Below, piece by piece: positions 1-12,708 of a stretch of DNA of 53,572 bases; position 1 is the stretch's first letter, and every line of letters starts with the position of its first letter. The position numbers and the translations under genes are program-made. Origin of the DNA: Octopus bimaculoides (lineage: Eukaryota); contig NC_068984.1 of NCBI RefSeq assembly GCF_001194135.2, forward strand, positions 1,247,789-1,301,360. Reading direction: 5' to 3'. Below the pieces are notes generated by a model, which saw nothing but the letters and a program-made list of their open reading frames with translations, ran no database searches and had not been told where the DNA came from.

Positions 1-343
1 CTATCCCAAGTTTCCTCATTGACCACTAGATAAGGGATCGGGGGACCCTGTCAAAGGCTTTCTCCATGTCAACGAAAGCCAGGTACAGAGGTTTATCCTT
101 AGCTAGGTATTTCTCCTGCAACTGTCTCACTAGGAATAAGGCATCAGTAGTGCTTTTACCTGGCACGAACCCAAACTGCATCTCATCTAAATTGATTCGC
201 TCCCTAATTAGTTGGGCTATGACCCTCTCTGTAACTTTCATAACCTGATCTAACAGCTTGATGCCTCTGTAATTATTTGTATCTAAAGCATCCCCTTTAC
301 CTTTGTAGCAGTTGACTATGATGCTGCTACACCAGTCATAGGG
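1..343 (-). mobile_element. RTE-type LINE reverse transcriptase fragment (N-terminal RT motifs), runs off the window edge
   Basis: Encodes YKGKGDALDTNNYRGIKLLDQVMK...QFGFVPGKSTTDALF...AFVDMEKAFDRVP, with a stop just before WSMRKLGI. Confidence 0.92.
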
Positions 344-384
<41 letters not shown>

Positions 385-474
385 CCCTCTCTACTTTTAG
401 GCACAAGGCCTGGAATTTGTGGTGAGGGGACTAAGAAGATTACATTGACCCCAGTGTTCAACTGGTACTTATTT

Positions 475-1852
475 CATCATCGTTTAACGTCCGCTTTCCA
501 TGCTAGCATGGGTTGAACAGTTTGACTAAGGACTGGTGAACCAGATGGCTGCACCAGGCTCCAATCCGATCTGGCAATGTTTCTACAGCTGGGTGCCCTT
601 CCTAATGCCAACCACTCTGAGAGTGTAGTGGGTGCTTTTTACGTGCTGTTGGCACAAGGATCCAGTCAGGTGATTCTGGCAACAAACCATGCATGAATGG
701 TGCTTATTGCATGCCACCAGCATGGGAGCCAGTCAGGCAGCACTGGCATTGGCCACAGCTACAATTTCCATTTGATTGTGATTTGATTTGATTTTGATTT
801 ACTTGACTCAATAAGTCTCCTCAAGCACGGAATGTCACCCAACGATTCAAAGGTACCTTTTAAATGGGCTGGTTACGTGACACTGATTTAGGCTATGGCT
901 GTGATCTCACCCTCCTTGCCGGGTCTTCTCAATCAAAGCATATCTCGGTCTTTTGCCATTGCCTCTGTGAGGCCCAACATTCAGAGGTCATGCTTCATGT
1001 CTTCCTGGGTTTCCCTCTTCCACGGGGTCCATCCACTGTTAAGGAGTGACATTTCTTCACACAGCTCTTCTCATCCATATGCAACACATGACCATACCAG
1101 CACAGTCATCTCTTGCACGCCACATCTGACGCATGTCTTCAGCAGTCATGGTCCATGTTTTACTGCTGTGTAGCATGACAGTTTGCACACATGCATCATA
1201 CAATCTACCTTTCACGCTGAGCAAGAGGCCCTTTGTCACCAATAGGGGTAGAAGCTTTCTGAACTTTGCCCAGGCTATTCTTATTCTAGTGGCAATGCTC
1301 TCTGAGCATCTACCCCAATTACAGACTTGGCCACTTAGGTAGCAGAAGTTATCAACTACTTCTATTTTCTCCCTTCTGGTATGTGATGGAATCAGTCTTC
1401 TGAGCATCTGTGGTGTTTATTGCCCCTGTGCATCTGCACACAAAAGCTATCTTCCTGATTAACCTTCTTTTGATGTTGCTGCACCTCTTATGTGTCCATA
1501 GCTTACACTGGGTACATCTTATGGGGTTTCTACCTACACCTTTTCTACAGATTGAGCAGGGCCATCTACCTGAAGGGGTTTGTGATGTGTTCGCCTTCCT
1601 ACTTACTAGGACTTTGGATTTTGGAACATTGACTCTAAGGCCCTCCAATTCTAAACCTTGCTTCCACATCAGCATAGAGGAGCTCCCAGGGGCAGCCTGT
1701 CTTGAATTCTTCTGTTATTGCCTGAAGGACTTTGATGAATAAGAGGGAGCTGAGGGTTGATCCTTGGTGAATCCCTACTTCTACCCGGAAGTCTTTGCTA
1801 TACTCATTGTTAACCCTTACCTTACTAATGGCATCTACAGCTCTATACAGTT
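475..1852 (-). mobile_element. 5'-truncated RTE-type LINE: RT C-terminal half, 3' UTR and (GAT)n tail
   Basis: Disrupted frames give VGIHQGSTLS...TGCPWELLYAD, WPCSICRKGVG and GRLYDACVQTVMLHSSKTW. The 3' end has the CCATGCTAGCATGG hairpin and an ATG-type tail at 475. Confidence 0.9.
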
Positions 1853-1854
1853 CA

Positions 1855-1978
1855 TTAACCCCAAAAGGATGAAAGGCAAAGTCAACCTCAGCAGGATTTG
1901 AACTCAGAACATAAAGACAGATGAAAGATCACTAAGCATTTCGTCCAGCATGCTAACGATTCTGCCAGCTTGCCACCC
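1855..1978 (-). mobile_element. tRNA-derived SINE family A, 5' part
   Basis: Reverse complement shows A-box TGGCAGAATCGT, B-box GAGTTCAAATCC and the core GTTGACTTTGCCTTTCATCC shared with other copies. Confidence 0.85.
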
Positions 1979-2011
1979 TAATAATAATAGTAGTAGTAGT
2001 AGTAGTAGTCA

Positions 2012-2335
2012 ACATATCATGAAAGAAAGAGAAAAAGTGGATAAATATGGAGACCTGAGAATTGAGATCGCTAAGATGTGGCAGCTACAAGAGTCAAACA
2101 TAAAGGTTATCCCTATTGTCATCGGAGCATTGAGTTCAATACCACCCAATCTAGAAAGCTTAGAAATACCCTAAAAATCGACGTGTATTGCAAAAGTCAA
2201 CGTTACTTGGAATTGCACACATATTGCGTAAAGTACTGTCTGTCTGAGATCCTTGTTGTGACTTGACAAACAGTACAAACACCCCCGGTAGACACAATAT
2301 CTTCAATCAACATCACAATATTGTATACTGTGCGA
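2012..2335 (+). mobile_element. 3' end of a restriction-like-endonuclease (R4/NeSL-type) non-LTR retrotransposon
   Basis: KEREKVDKYGDLRIEIAKMWQL...KVIPIVIGALSSIP, then after a frameshift LQKSTLLGIAHILRKVLSV*. These are typical RLE C-terminal motifs. Confidence 0.82.
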
Positions 2336-2369
2336 CATCTATAATAACAACAAGAACAACAACAACAAC

Positions 2370-2402
<33 letters not shown>

Positions 2403-2406
<4 letters not shown>

Positions 2407-2870
2407 TCTACTGAAGACACAAGGTCTGAAATTTGGGGGAAAGGGACTAGTCGATTACATCGACCCCTGTGCTCAACTGGTACTTATTTTATTGACCCTG
2501 AAAGGATAAAAGACAAAGTTGACCTTAGCAAGATATGAACTCAGAATGTTAAGACGGACAAAATACCACTAAACATTTTGCCCGGTGTACAAATGATTCT
2601 GTCAACTTGCCTTCATAATAATAATAATAATGATAATAATGATAATAATAATAATAATCCCTTCTACTGGAGGCACAAGGTCTCAAATTTGTCAGGAGCG
2701 GATTAGTCGCTTATATCGACCCCAGTTTTTCACTGGTACTTAATTCATTGACCCTGAAAGGATGAAAGGCAAAGTCGACCTCAATGGAATTCGAACTCAG
2801 AACATAGTGACGGGTGAAATACCACTAAGCATCTCGTCCAACATGCTAATGATTCTGCCAGCTCACCATC
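2403..2870 (-). mobile_element. Two tandem copies of tRNA SINE family A (about 2403-2612 and 2660-2870) with (AAT)n tails
   Basis: Each carries GAAAGGAT..AAG.CAAAGT.GACCT and ATTT/TTCGAACTCAGAAC (reverse B-box); each is preceded on + by an AAT microsatellite. Confidence 0.88.
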
Positions 2871-3915
2871 TTAATAACATCAACAACAACAACAATAATG
2901 TTTATTTATTTAGTGACCTATTCACTGATTTGCTAACTTGGCAGGAATATAACTGACCGAATCAACACTATTATATAACTGGTACTTAATTCTGAAGAGA
3001 TGATGGGCGAAAGGATGAAAATAATTCAAAGACTTTAGTGTGGCACTTCTACCATTTCTGTCACTGTTTTCATGGCTACAACACCAACTACTACTACTAC
3101 TACTACCATTGCTGTTGTTAGAATTACTTAAAACTCTCCAATAAGAACTCAAAGACAATTGAGATGGCTATGCAACAATTATTGATGCTATTCTCTGAGT
3201 ACATTATAACTCTTACAATATATTTCTAATCAAATAAACTGGCTACATGCTGAAATTAAATTTGAAAATACTCAAGATTTAGTCAAATAATTAACTTTTC
3301 CATTATTAATCAGGTGTTTGGAGAATAATTTAACAAAGATGTTCTTGCACAAAATTATAATGGGAAGTTTTAATTTAAATAGAAATAATTTTATGGGAAA
3401 TTTTTTTTTTCTTTTATCATAAAAAAAGATGGTGTTGAGCAGGTTGGTGCCAAAAGAATTAAGTATTGCAAATATTGTGAATTTATGTATGTGTAGGTGT
3501 GTGTGTGTGTGTGCTCTTCATCACCTGTGCATCATACTAAATGTATACACACCATTTAAAGGCATGATGCTGTAGAATTGTCTGTGATAAAATTCCTTCA
3601 TAGACTTTCATTGCTAAAAGCACAACATATATCAAAGCCAGACAAACATCATTGTTGCATTGAATCATGAGAACAACAGAGGCATTTTTGTTCTTCTTGA
3701 GGCTTGTCAATGCCGTGCACTCGATTGTCGTCTGCTTCAATGAATTTCATGCTTCAATATATGTAGGATATATTCTGCTGGCAATAGTTTCATCACCCTA
3801 TGTCAACTAGCAACGGTGAAATTTAATCAGTTGATTTAAAATGAAGGAAAAAACATTTAAGAAATGACATTCCATCCAACAGCGCTTTCCACAAGACTCA
3901 TGGAACATACAAAGT

Positions 3916-4345
3916 GGCGAACTGGCAGAAACGTTAGCACACTGGGCGAAATGCTTAGCGGTATTTCATCTGTCTTTACGTTCTGAGTTCAAGTTCCGCC
4001 AAAGTCGACTTTGCATTTCGCCTTTTCGGGGTTGATAAATTAAGTAACAGTTACGCACTGGAGTCAATGTAATCAACTTAACCTCTTTGTCTGTCCTTGT
4101 TTGTCCCCTCTATGTTTAGCCCCTTGTGGGCAATAAAGAAATAAGAAACGTTAGCACACTGGGAGAAATGTTTAGTGATATTTCATCTGTCTTTATGTTC
4201 TGAGTTCAAATTCCGCCGAAGTCGACTTTGCATTTTGTCTTTTCAGGGTCAATAAATTAAGTACCAGTTGCGTACTGGGAACGATCTAATTGACTGGCTT
4301 TCTCCCCCAAAATTTCAGGCCTTGTGCCTAGACTAGAAAAGAATA
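3916..4345 (+). mobile_element. Two tandem copies of tRNA SINE family A (about 3916-4145 and 4146-4345)
   Basis: GGCGAACTGGCAGAAACGTTAGCAC head, B-box GAGTTCAA(G/A)TTCC and core GTCGACTTTGC; the two copies end in different 3' tails. Confidence 0.9.
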
Positions 4346-5215
4346 TATGTAGGATATAATGAATAAAGAATTCACTGGTATTACAGAAGCTTGCCAGACA
4401 GTAGAAAAAAAATCTCTAAGTTGATAGCACTGAGAAGCCTCAAGGAATACGAAATGCATCTGTTGTTCTTGGTGAGGCATTGAAGCAATGATGTTCATCC
4501 CACTCCCACATATATATTGCGTTTTTTGGCAGAACGAGTCCATGAAGAGATTTTTATCTCAAGCAATTCCACAGCATCATTCCCTTTAATAGTGTGTATA
4601 CGTTTAGTATGATACACAGATGGCAATTTCATTTTATGTGGTTTCAATTGCATACACCAAATATAAACCCCCAGTAACTTCACTAGTACTTATTTTAGTG
4701 ACCCCATAAGGATGACCAGCAAAACTGACCTCAGCAGTATTTGAGTGAGTCAGAAGAAATGCTGCTAAGCCCTTTGTCCAATGTGCCAAAGATTCTGCCA
4801 GCTTGTGGACTTCTTTTATGGTTGAAACAATGCAAGACAAAAAAGGAAGTAAAGAGTGTGTGTCTGATGCAGGAAGAGAAAATGGGAAATGAAGAATTTT
4901 AAATATCATCATTAGCCATTGATGAAGGAAAGAAGAGCTGTGGGGTGTAGGGGGAGGAGGATATCAGAATAGAAAGAAGAAAGGATAGTGAGAAAGGAAG
5001 TTGAGAGAAGGAGACAGATAAAGCAGGAGGACAAAGAATTAGGGATTGAGAAAGGGGTGGGGTGGATAGCAAGAATAGTGTCACAAATGAAAGGAAAAAT
5101 TCCTCAATTGTTTCATCTGATCTATTGATTTCTCATTTGGTATCTTGTCCTCTGATTTACATAATGACACACATAAAACCCTCTTCCCCCACCACTATTG
5201 TTAACTTGCCATGAC

Positions 5216-5216
<1 letters not shown>

Positions 5217-5266
<50 letters not shown>
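5217..5266. repeat. (TAG)n microsatellite
   Basis: Pure TAG run visible in the sequence. Confidence 0.95.
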
Positions 5267-5267
<1 letters not shown>

Positions 5268-6218
5268 TGATGATGGAGGGATGAAAAAATGTGAACCAAT
5301 GAAACTGAGAGGAGGAGGAGGAGCCTGCAGAAGAGGAAGCAAGAAGAAAGTTAAGAGGAAGCAAGAAGAAAGTTAAGAAGAAGCAGTGATGTTTGATGTC
5401 ACAAAGATGGAATCCAAGAAGGACTACAACATGTGGTGAGATGCTCCATTAAATAGATGTCAATCACATGACAACATGGAAAGGTGAATGTAAAAACAAT
5501 GATGGCAACAACAATGGTGAATGAATGGTCCAATATTGAGAAGAAAGGAGAGTGACTACGATTGACTGATGCTATTGTAATGAGTGATGGTATAGTAATG
5601 AGTGATGGTATAGTAGATGACTGACGGCATGGCACATGAATGACATCACTGCATCCACCATTAGTTGGTGAGTCACCACCCCGGGTGGATGACACCTTTG
5701 CACCACTCAGGCCACAAGCCTCCAATCCATGGGTGTGTTTGGGGGTGGTCATTGCTGATGAGGGAATTTACAAGAGGTCAGAGTGCAAATCATACTTCAA
5801 CCCCTTTTGGTCACCTTTTACAACATACAAAGGAAACGTTGGATCAATTCTTTGACATGCTGGTCCCCACACAGCACCATTATTCTTTGAACTCCCTAAA
5901 GAATTATACAGAAGAGATAATGGAGCAGACGTACTTAAAACAGATTACAATGATGATGGTGTATCATCACCCTTAAAAGAAAATAATTACTTCGATTAAC
6001 ATTAGCATACTGTTTACTATTTGTCCATTAGTGTTACACCTGTTTTTTAGTCTGATTTCCTTATAAACACTTATGAAATTTATACATAAATATTTGCTTA
6101 AAATAACATATTTTAACATTTATTTATTTAACAGTATTTAACAAATAGGTTTATTGTCAATTAAAAGATTTCGATTAAAAAACATTATATAAAATCAAAT
6201 TGCCCATAAAAAGTATTT

Positions 6219-6290
6219 GCTGTCTACAGACCCCCAGTCTTGTCTTTGCGGACCCCCTGTGGTCCACGGACCACAGTTTGAAAACCCCTG
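6219..6290. mobile_element. One end of a hAT (Charlie/Buster-like) MITE
   Basis: GCGGACCCCCTGTGGTCCACGGACCACAGTTTGAAAACCCCTG, followed by ATCTAAAC (NNNTANNN). Related to the element at 21135; the other TIR was not found. Confidence 0.65.
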
Positions 6291-7699
6291 ATCTAAACAA
6301 TGTGACTCATTTCCAGTCTTCCGTGAAAAACATGTCTGGCGAAAGAAAAAAGTTATTTTGCTCGGAAACAGATAAGGGTTGATGACAGGCCGGGTATCCA
6401 GAGGCAGAATATTTTCCTGAATAAATTCTGTCTGACCCATACAAGCATGGAAAAGTAGACATTAAATAACAATGGTGATGATAATGAGAACAAAACTAAG
6501 ATCTATAAAGCATGAAATTAAATACTGAAAGTAATTAATCAGCCATTCCATATTTGTGGCAATTTCAATACATTTGAGTTTAAAAGAATTGTTAAAACCC
6601 AGAGAAATAATCACAGAATAAATGGTCGTGCTGAAGACTAGAAACACAGGTCTGAAACTATTGAAATTACTTTTAAAAATTTCCTTTCAGTATTTATCAG
6701 TCTAGAGAGATTTCTTTAACAATAAGTCTAGAAACATAAATCGTTAATTTAATTCAACTTATAATTTATTGTTGCTGCCTCAGCTTAATTACTGCTACAG
6801 AATAATGAGAATTTTTCAATGAAATATTGACGAACTTTAGGAACAATTGGTGGTAAATACTAAAACCATTAATGTGAACATCAAGTTCACGGTGTTTAGT
6901 TTCAGTCTTTGTAGTTCTTGGTTCAAATCTTGCCAGAATTTAGTTAAGATTTCATCTTTCAAAGGGCTTGAAAAATCAAAACCTCAAGCTGTCTCTGATT
7001 GGTCATCCATCATTTAATGTCCGTCTTCTGGTTTGGACAGTTCAAGAGGATTCAACAAACCAGATGACTACATCGAGCTCCACTTTCGGTTTCAGTTTTT
7101 ACAGCTGGATGCATTTCTTGAAGCCAACCATTTTACAAAGTGTGCTGTGTGCATTTTTCATGGCACTGACACTAGTGAGATCAGCAAGTAACTCACAAGA
7201 CAAAGGAAAAGACCAAGTGAATGGGGCTGTAGCAGAGGGGGTGGGGAGATGGCTTTATGCCAGGAGTTGAGAAGTTAATGCATGATCGAAGGACAGGGGC
7301 CTTGCGGTAGGAGAGATATATGGCTACCAGAGCTGGAAAGAGAGACTGTAGTTCTGATTATATCTGATAGCATCTCTAACTGAAATTCTTTACATAAAAC
7401 TGTTAAGGTTTCATGCCATCTGCTAAAAATAGTAGATAATATTGTTGACATTTTAGAATTTGATTTTTTAATCTTCAGAGATAATAATATCAGAGCTGTG
7501 GCCTAAATGACTTTTGAGACCAACAGACCAGCACTGTGAATTTATCAAGTTTTCTTGCCAACAAATAACTGAGTACCAAAGGATCTGTGGAGAGAGTACC
7601 CTAATTCTATAATCCTTTAATTAAACCATTTCTCTGATGCTGTGTTTAGTGATATTGTTTTATTGAAATATGTAAAGTAAATATATGAATGTGGCTTAC

Positions 7700-7730
7700 C
7701 TCGGTGGATCAGTGTCGAAGAACAAAAGAT
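7700..7730 (-). CDS. SNX14: SNX14 coding exon, PXC domain (last found in window)
   Basis: ctttcttccag| acceptor, |gtaagc donor, 31 nt, phase 1 to 2. Encodes (N)LLFFDTDPP(R/S) (human DAIFCENTEPR). The next exon was not found between 1 and 7699. Confidence 0.9.
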
Positions 7731-7879
7731 CTGGAAGAAAGGAAACATAGACATGTATCAATATAAACACATACGTACACACAACAAACAAACGAGACAG
7801 TGAAGCCCTTGGTACACCAAGATGTAACCTTTTATATTCTGGTGTTCAATAAATAATTTAACGAGGCAGGGCGAAAGAA

Positions 7880-8572
7880 AGTATTCATAAGATGCAATAC
7901 AATTCCTGTTACATTGGGTTAAACGCTCTCTGCCAATAGGTCACAGTGAACTGCTGCTTACCCTGGACTGTTGACAGTTCTTTCTTGCAAAAACAATATA
8001 CAATATCATTCAGAAAAAAAAACTGTCCTGGAATAAATACAGAGAATCCCCACTATTATTGGATATATACACAAATATCAGCACAAGGAATATTGGTCAA
8101 GTGTGAATATAACAGGTTGGATATTGTTGTTTGGGAAAGAGGAGGAAAAGTATGAACTGCCTTAGATGTCAGATGCCCAACTCATGTAAATATCTCTTTG
8201 AAAATGAAAGAGAAAGAGGACAACTATGGACAACTGTTTCAAAACCTCCAGTTTCTGTATCATCATCATCATCATCATCGTCGTTTAACATCTGCTTTCC
8301 ATGCTAGCATGGGTTGGATGATTTGACTGAGAACTGGCAAGCCAGAAGGCTGCACCAGGCTCCAATCTGATTTGGCAGTCCAGATTATAAATTCACATTT
8401 AAACCAATAATGATTGTTGTGCTTGGTTTTGTGAGCAAATGCCTCAGTGACAATCTGGATAAGCTTGGATCTTCAGGAAAAGGAAATCAGCCAACTAACT
8501 CACACATTACAAATACAATTTGTAAGTGGAACAGTAAATATATGCAAGACTTTTCTCAGGTTTAAAATGTGA
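7880..8572 (+). mobile_element. Degraded 3' end of a restriction-like-endonuclease LINE, split by an insertion at 8261-8379
   Basis: NRLDIVVWERGGKV*TALDVRCPTHVNISLKMKEKEDNYGQLFQNLQFLY / PDYKFTFKPIMIVVLGFVSKCLSDNLDKLG / LQIQFVSGTVNICKTFLRFKM*. Confidence 0.78.
8261..8379 (-). mobile_element. Short RTE 3'-tail insertion
   Basis: (CAT)n followed by GTTTAACATCTGCTTTCCATGCTAGCATGGGTTGG..., the same family as the 3' end at 475. Similar copies in both orientations occur near 6300, 7005, 10640, 11725, 12215, 13075, 14030, 15420, 15510, 16520, 17700, 18455, 20090, 20931, 23640, 31620, 33980, 37740, 44910, 50550 and 51023. Confidence 0.9.
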
Positions 8573-8667
8573 TGTTTTTGTTATCCCCATTCCAATGATG
8601 GAGCTTTATATCTTTGTTAGAAACCAGTTCCTTTCTCAAGGGAAGAATTAAGAAACTTAAAAACAAA

Positions 8668-8705
<38 letters not shown>

Positions 8706-9368
8706 CATGCATGTGCACAAGTGCACACAATTAACTAATCCTCTATGAAAGCAGGGAACCAGCATCGGCAGAACAAAGGTGTCCAATTCCTGGCTGTGAA
8801 TGTTGCAGGATATAAAAATAGTTCTTTTTTTAATTTCCCTGCAACATTTTGACCTTGGGTTTATTCAAAAGAAATTATCCAAATCATTTGAGAAGATTCC
8901 ATTAAGCCACAACAAACTACAGAAGTACACAGTAAGTTCCAAAGAGTGGAATGCCCCGCCCAGTGAGCTCTTTTGTTGGTTGTTCTGAAGTGGGGAGTAA
9001 GGGTCTGGTGTGGTGGAGATCAATGGAGATCAATGGAGATCAATGTTGTACTTAAAGAAGAAGAAGATGCAGCTAAGTGCCAATAATGGTAGAAAAGTGA
9101 CTTGTGTTCAGGCCAGAAGCAAACAACACCTTCCTCACTCGACCGTTACAATTCCTTTATATCTATCGACTACAATTACAAAATATATACACAGCTTCTT
9201 CTTCTTCTTCTTCTTCATCTTCTTCATACATAATATAGAAATGACAAGTCTAGTTTCTTATTTACCACATTCATTAGAGATAAGACTAAGTTGTCATTAA
9301 ATCTATCCATTTATATTGATTTCCTGCAGAAACCGAAGATGTTCTCGAAACAAAACTAATGGAAAGAA

Positions 9369-9404
<36 letters not shown>

Positions 9405-9582
9405 AAGAAAATGAAAACAATAAAAGATAAAAAGAAAAACAATAAACAAAAAAAATAATCCTAATAAATAAATATGGCTGCTATATTTCGAAACTTGATT
9501 AATACAATGGTATATAATTAAATAGTATATGAGAGAGTAATTTGACAATTTCTCTGTGTAAAACTGTAATCAATAGACCTAC

Positions 9583-9747
9583 TTTTAATAATGTTGATAT
9601 AATAAGCCAACCGATGCTCCTGACAGATCTGGAAACATTTCTGTTGAATATAATACTGTACATAACTCTCTATGGTGCGTTTCAACAGCATTCGGAACAT
9701 AATAAGTAGATGATGGAACCATTCTGGGATATGGTACACATAACGAG
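9583..9747 (-). CDS. SNX14: SNX14 coding exon, PXC domain
   Basis: tctttttag| acceptor, |gtaggt donor, 165 nt, phase 1 to 1. Encodes (A)RYVYHIPEWFHHLLIMFRMLLKRTIESYVQYYIQQKCFQICQEHRLAYYINIIK (human RVVFQVPDWLHHLL...LFQEHRLVSLITLLR). Confidence 0.96.
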
Positions 9748-10360
9748 CTAAAAAGACAAAAAAAAAAATTTAATAAATATAAAAAAAAAGATTATGTTAA
9801 AGTCAACTTTCTTTACTTTTACTAAATACATTTTACAAAGAGCATTTGCAGTGGTGGTGGAGGTGATCATGGTGGTAGAGGAGGTGGTCATTGTGGTAGA
9901 GGAGATGGTCATGGTGGAGGTGGTCATGGTGGTGGTGGCATAAATAACAGGTTCCTAATTAAACAAGGAAGCATCACAGAACAGAAATGGACCCCATGAC
10001 CTGGTTTTTATTCCTTGTTTCACTTGAACCTGTTTGATACTAACCTGCCCAAAGCCACCCCTAATTCTATGATACAAACTTCCTGTTTGAAAGGGATCAA
10101 TATTAAAAGTTCCCAGGAAAACCTGGGGTTCCTTTATGCTCCAGACACCAGCTTAAATAACGACAAAGGCATTTGATTCCATCCTTCATTATTTTTTAAA
10201 TAAACTGAAATAAAGAGGAAATATTTCAGCAGAAACATGGTAACAAAAAGGAGTAAGATTATTGGACAATCAACTGAGAGAGAACAGGACATCACATGAC
10301 ACAGCCCAGTCCATATGGCTGTAAATGGGTTGCACAAGGTAACAGCTTATTACTGTAACA

Positions 10361-10620
10361 ATGGGCACAGATGTGGCTGTGTGGTTAAGAAGTTTGCTTT
10401 CCAACCACAGGGTTCCAGGTTCAATCCCACTGTGTAGCACTTTGGCCAAGGGTCTTCTACTAGAGCGCAAAGCCTGATGAGTGGATTTGGTACAAGGGAA
10501 ACTAAAATGTGTGTGTGTGGGTGGGTGTGTGGGTGTGGGTGTGAGTGTCCCCTTGCCATGACATCATGTAAAATGGTTGTCACCATCATCTGAGCAATGT
10601 CATTTATCTCCAATATTCTG
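10361..10620 (+). mobile_element. tRNA-derived SINE family B (CORE-like)
   Basis: GTGGCTGTGTGGTTAAGAAG A-box, GGTTCAATCCC B-box and CORE-like GCACTTTGGCCAAGGGTCTTCTACT. Opposite-strand copies near 19630-19835, 35690-35760 and 41975-42232; degraded + copies near 13250 and 53360. Confidence 0.8.
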
Positions 10621-12587
10621 CACAGACCTATATGGCCATGGAGGGGAAATAGTGCCTTGATTGGAAACAGAAAAGGGAGTGTTGGTGACAGAAAGGACAT
10701 CCAACCATAGAAAAATCTGCCTCAATAAATCGTGTCGATCCTTTGCAAACACGGAAAAGTGGACATTAAAATGGTGAGCAGTAACATTTTATCTCTTCTA
10801 CTGGGTTTGTCTCCACTAGTGGGGAAAAAGCTGGAAGTGGAGACTGGGCTCCATCAGGCTGATTACCAAAAGTTCATCATGTGAAACTAGCATCTCTAAT
10901 AGTGACTCAATCTCAAAATAATACTTTGCATATATTCCATGTCTGCCTCAAGAACACAAATACCAACATTGCAAAATTTATTTCTAGTTAGCTAATTAAC
11001 ATAACATTATTATTTGGTAGCTAATTAATGTAACATTGTTATTAGTCAGTTAATTAATACAACACTATTTCTTGTTAGCTTTGTATAATCACTGAATTAA
11101 ATATGTCGACACTAATTTAATTATAAAAGCAATCCATATGTAGACTTGTGAGAAAGTCAAACAAATCTTTGTCAGTGTCTCATGCTTTGCAAACTGATGG
11201 GATTTGCTGTTAGCAGCAATTTTTTCACAATAAACACAACCACCATCTCAGACATTTGGCAAAGAGCAATCCTGAAGAGAAACAAATGGGCTGAAATAGG
11301 CAGGAAATGGATTTGCTACTGCAATTCAGACAGTGTCCAATGAAACCCATCTCAGTGGTTCTGCTCAACCTGGCTTCTTGTTCTTGTTCTCAACATTCTG
11401 AGTTCAAATCTCTCCAAGGTCAACACTGCCTTACATCCTCCCAAAAACAATGTATAAGGTACCAGTGAAATACTGAGGGTCACTATCTCCTTATCTCAGA
11501 ACTAACTGCACCATACCTTGAAGGGGCCATAAAAGGTCACACCCAATGTCCCTTTCTTCCAGACAATAGAGAAGGAATCAGTAATGAAGTGTAAATTGGT
11601 CTGGGAAAATGCCAAATGGTGTGACATAGATCTGGTGAAGTGGTATGAAGCAGTGTCGTGTGATGTAGTTTAGTATAATACATTTTATTAGAGTGGTGTA
11701 GTGAAGTGTTATACAGTGTGAGACAATGGATGGAACCTGCTGTGGCCCCTGGCCCTGCCAGCTCTGGTCAAACCATCCAACCCATGGAAAATGGACAGAT
11801 GATGACGATGACATATGCAATGTGGTGCCATTCAGTCTGTTGTCATACAGTGTAGGGCCACAGTGTATAGCAGAGTGCAGCAAGGTATTTCCAGTGGAAT
11901 GGAATGTACTTCAGTAACAGTTTTGTAAAGTAGAGTACAGTATGTGGTGCAGTACTCTTATTAGATTTGATATACTTCTGGTAGATGTCACTGTAGTCTT
12001 CAGTCACACACACCATTACTACTCTGTGTTAACAATTAGAAGGAATTAATGTCTGTAGCAGTCTAGTCCTTCCATCTGGCACAATGCAAAGGTAAGCACA
12101 CTGCTTCTGTTGGTGATGGTGGTGGTAGTGGTGTGAATGATGATACTGAGGATCAATGGGAGCAGCAGCAGCAGCAGCAGCAGCAAAGATAACATTTATT
12201 GCGTGGAAGAGCCATTCTAGCAATTTTGCAACATGCCAAAACGGACAAGTGGAGCCTGGGGCAGCTCTCAGACTTGCTAGCTCCTGTCAAACTGTCCAAC
12301 CCATGCCAGCATGGAAAACAGATGTTAAATGATGATGGTGATGATGATGATATATTTAAATCTAAAGTGTCTTTAAGAGTTTTATATGTTATTAAATGGC
12401 TGAAATGGTTCTTCCATGATGCAGTTTGCTCAGGGTTAATCCAAGATCTCAGATCAAGTCACTTGCAAGACAAATACAAAAACCGGAAGAAAAAACAAAC
12501 AAACAAACAAAACAAAAGACAACTTTGATAGTTGAAGAGTTAAAGAAATATTGTAATACAATGTAATAAAATGTATGAAAGTCTTAC

Positions 12588-12708
12588 CAATATAAATAAA
12601 CATATTGAAAATGCCATGGATGCTACCAACTGGCAGATTATCGGAGACAGCAGGTAACGGGTAAGAATTCTCACAATTGAAATTGTTCTCAAACAATGGA
12701 CTAGAAAA
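12588..12708 (-). CDS. SNX14: SNX14 coding exon, entry into PXC region
   Basis: tgtttcag| acceptor, |gtaaga donor, 121 nt, phase 0 to 1. Encodes FSSPLFENNFNCENS...GSIHGIFNMFIYI (human LFKNNAN...VEGVYDYLMYV). Confidence 0.9.

Noticed and set aside
1-1852. Possible permutation of a single RTE copy (the RT N-part lies downstream of the C-part on the minus strand)
   Set aside because: The 1-343 fragment runs off the window edge and may be a separate copy; this cannot be decided here.
3916-4000. tRNA-like sequences in SINE heads (also 10361 and 49284)
   Set aside because: They have A/B boxes but no complete cloverleaf and continue into SINE bodies, so they are not tRNA genes.
5640-5976. Two overlapping plus-strand ORFs with protein-like composition
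   Set aside because: No motif I can assign, interrupted by stops and without clear splice context; possibly an unrecognised transposon relic. BLASTX would decide.
6462-6660. Candidate next SNX14 exon after 7700 (TTTCAG acceptor near 6652)
   Set aside because: The translation (RPVFLVFSTT…) does not resemble the expected RSLQDK…YIPD segment and has no suitable donor; the true exon probably lies beyond position 1.
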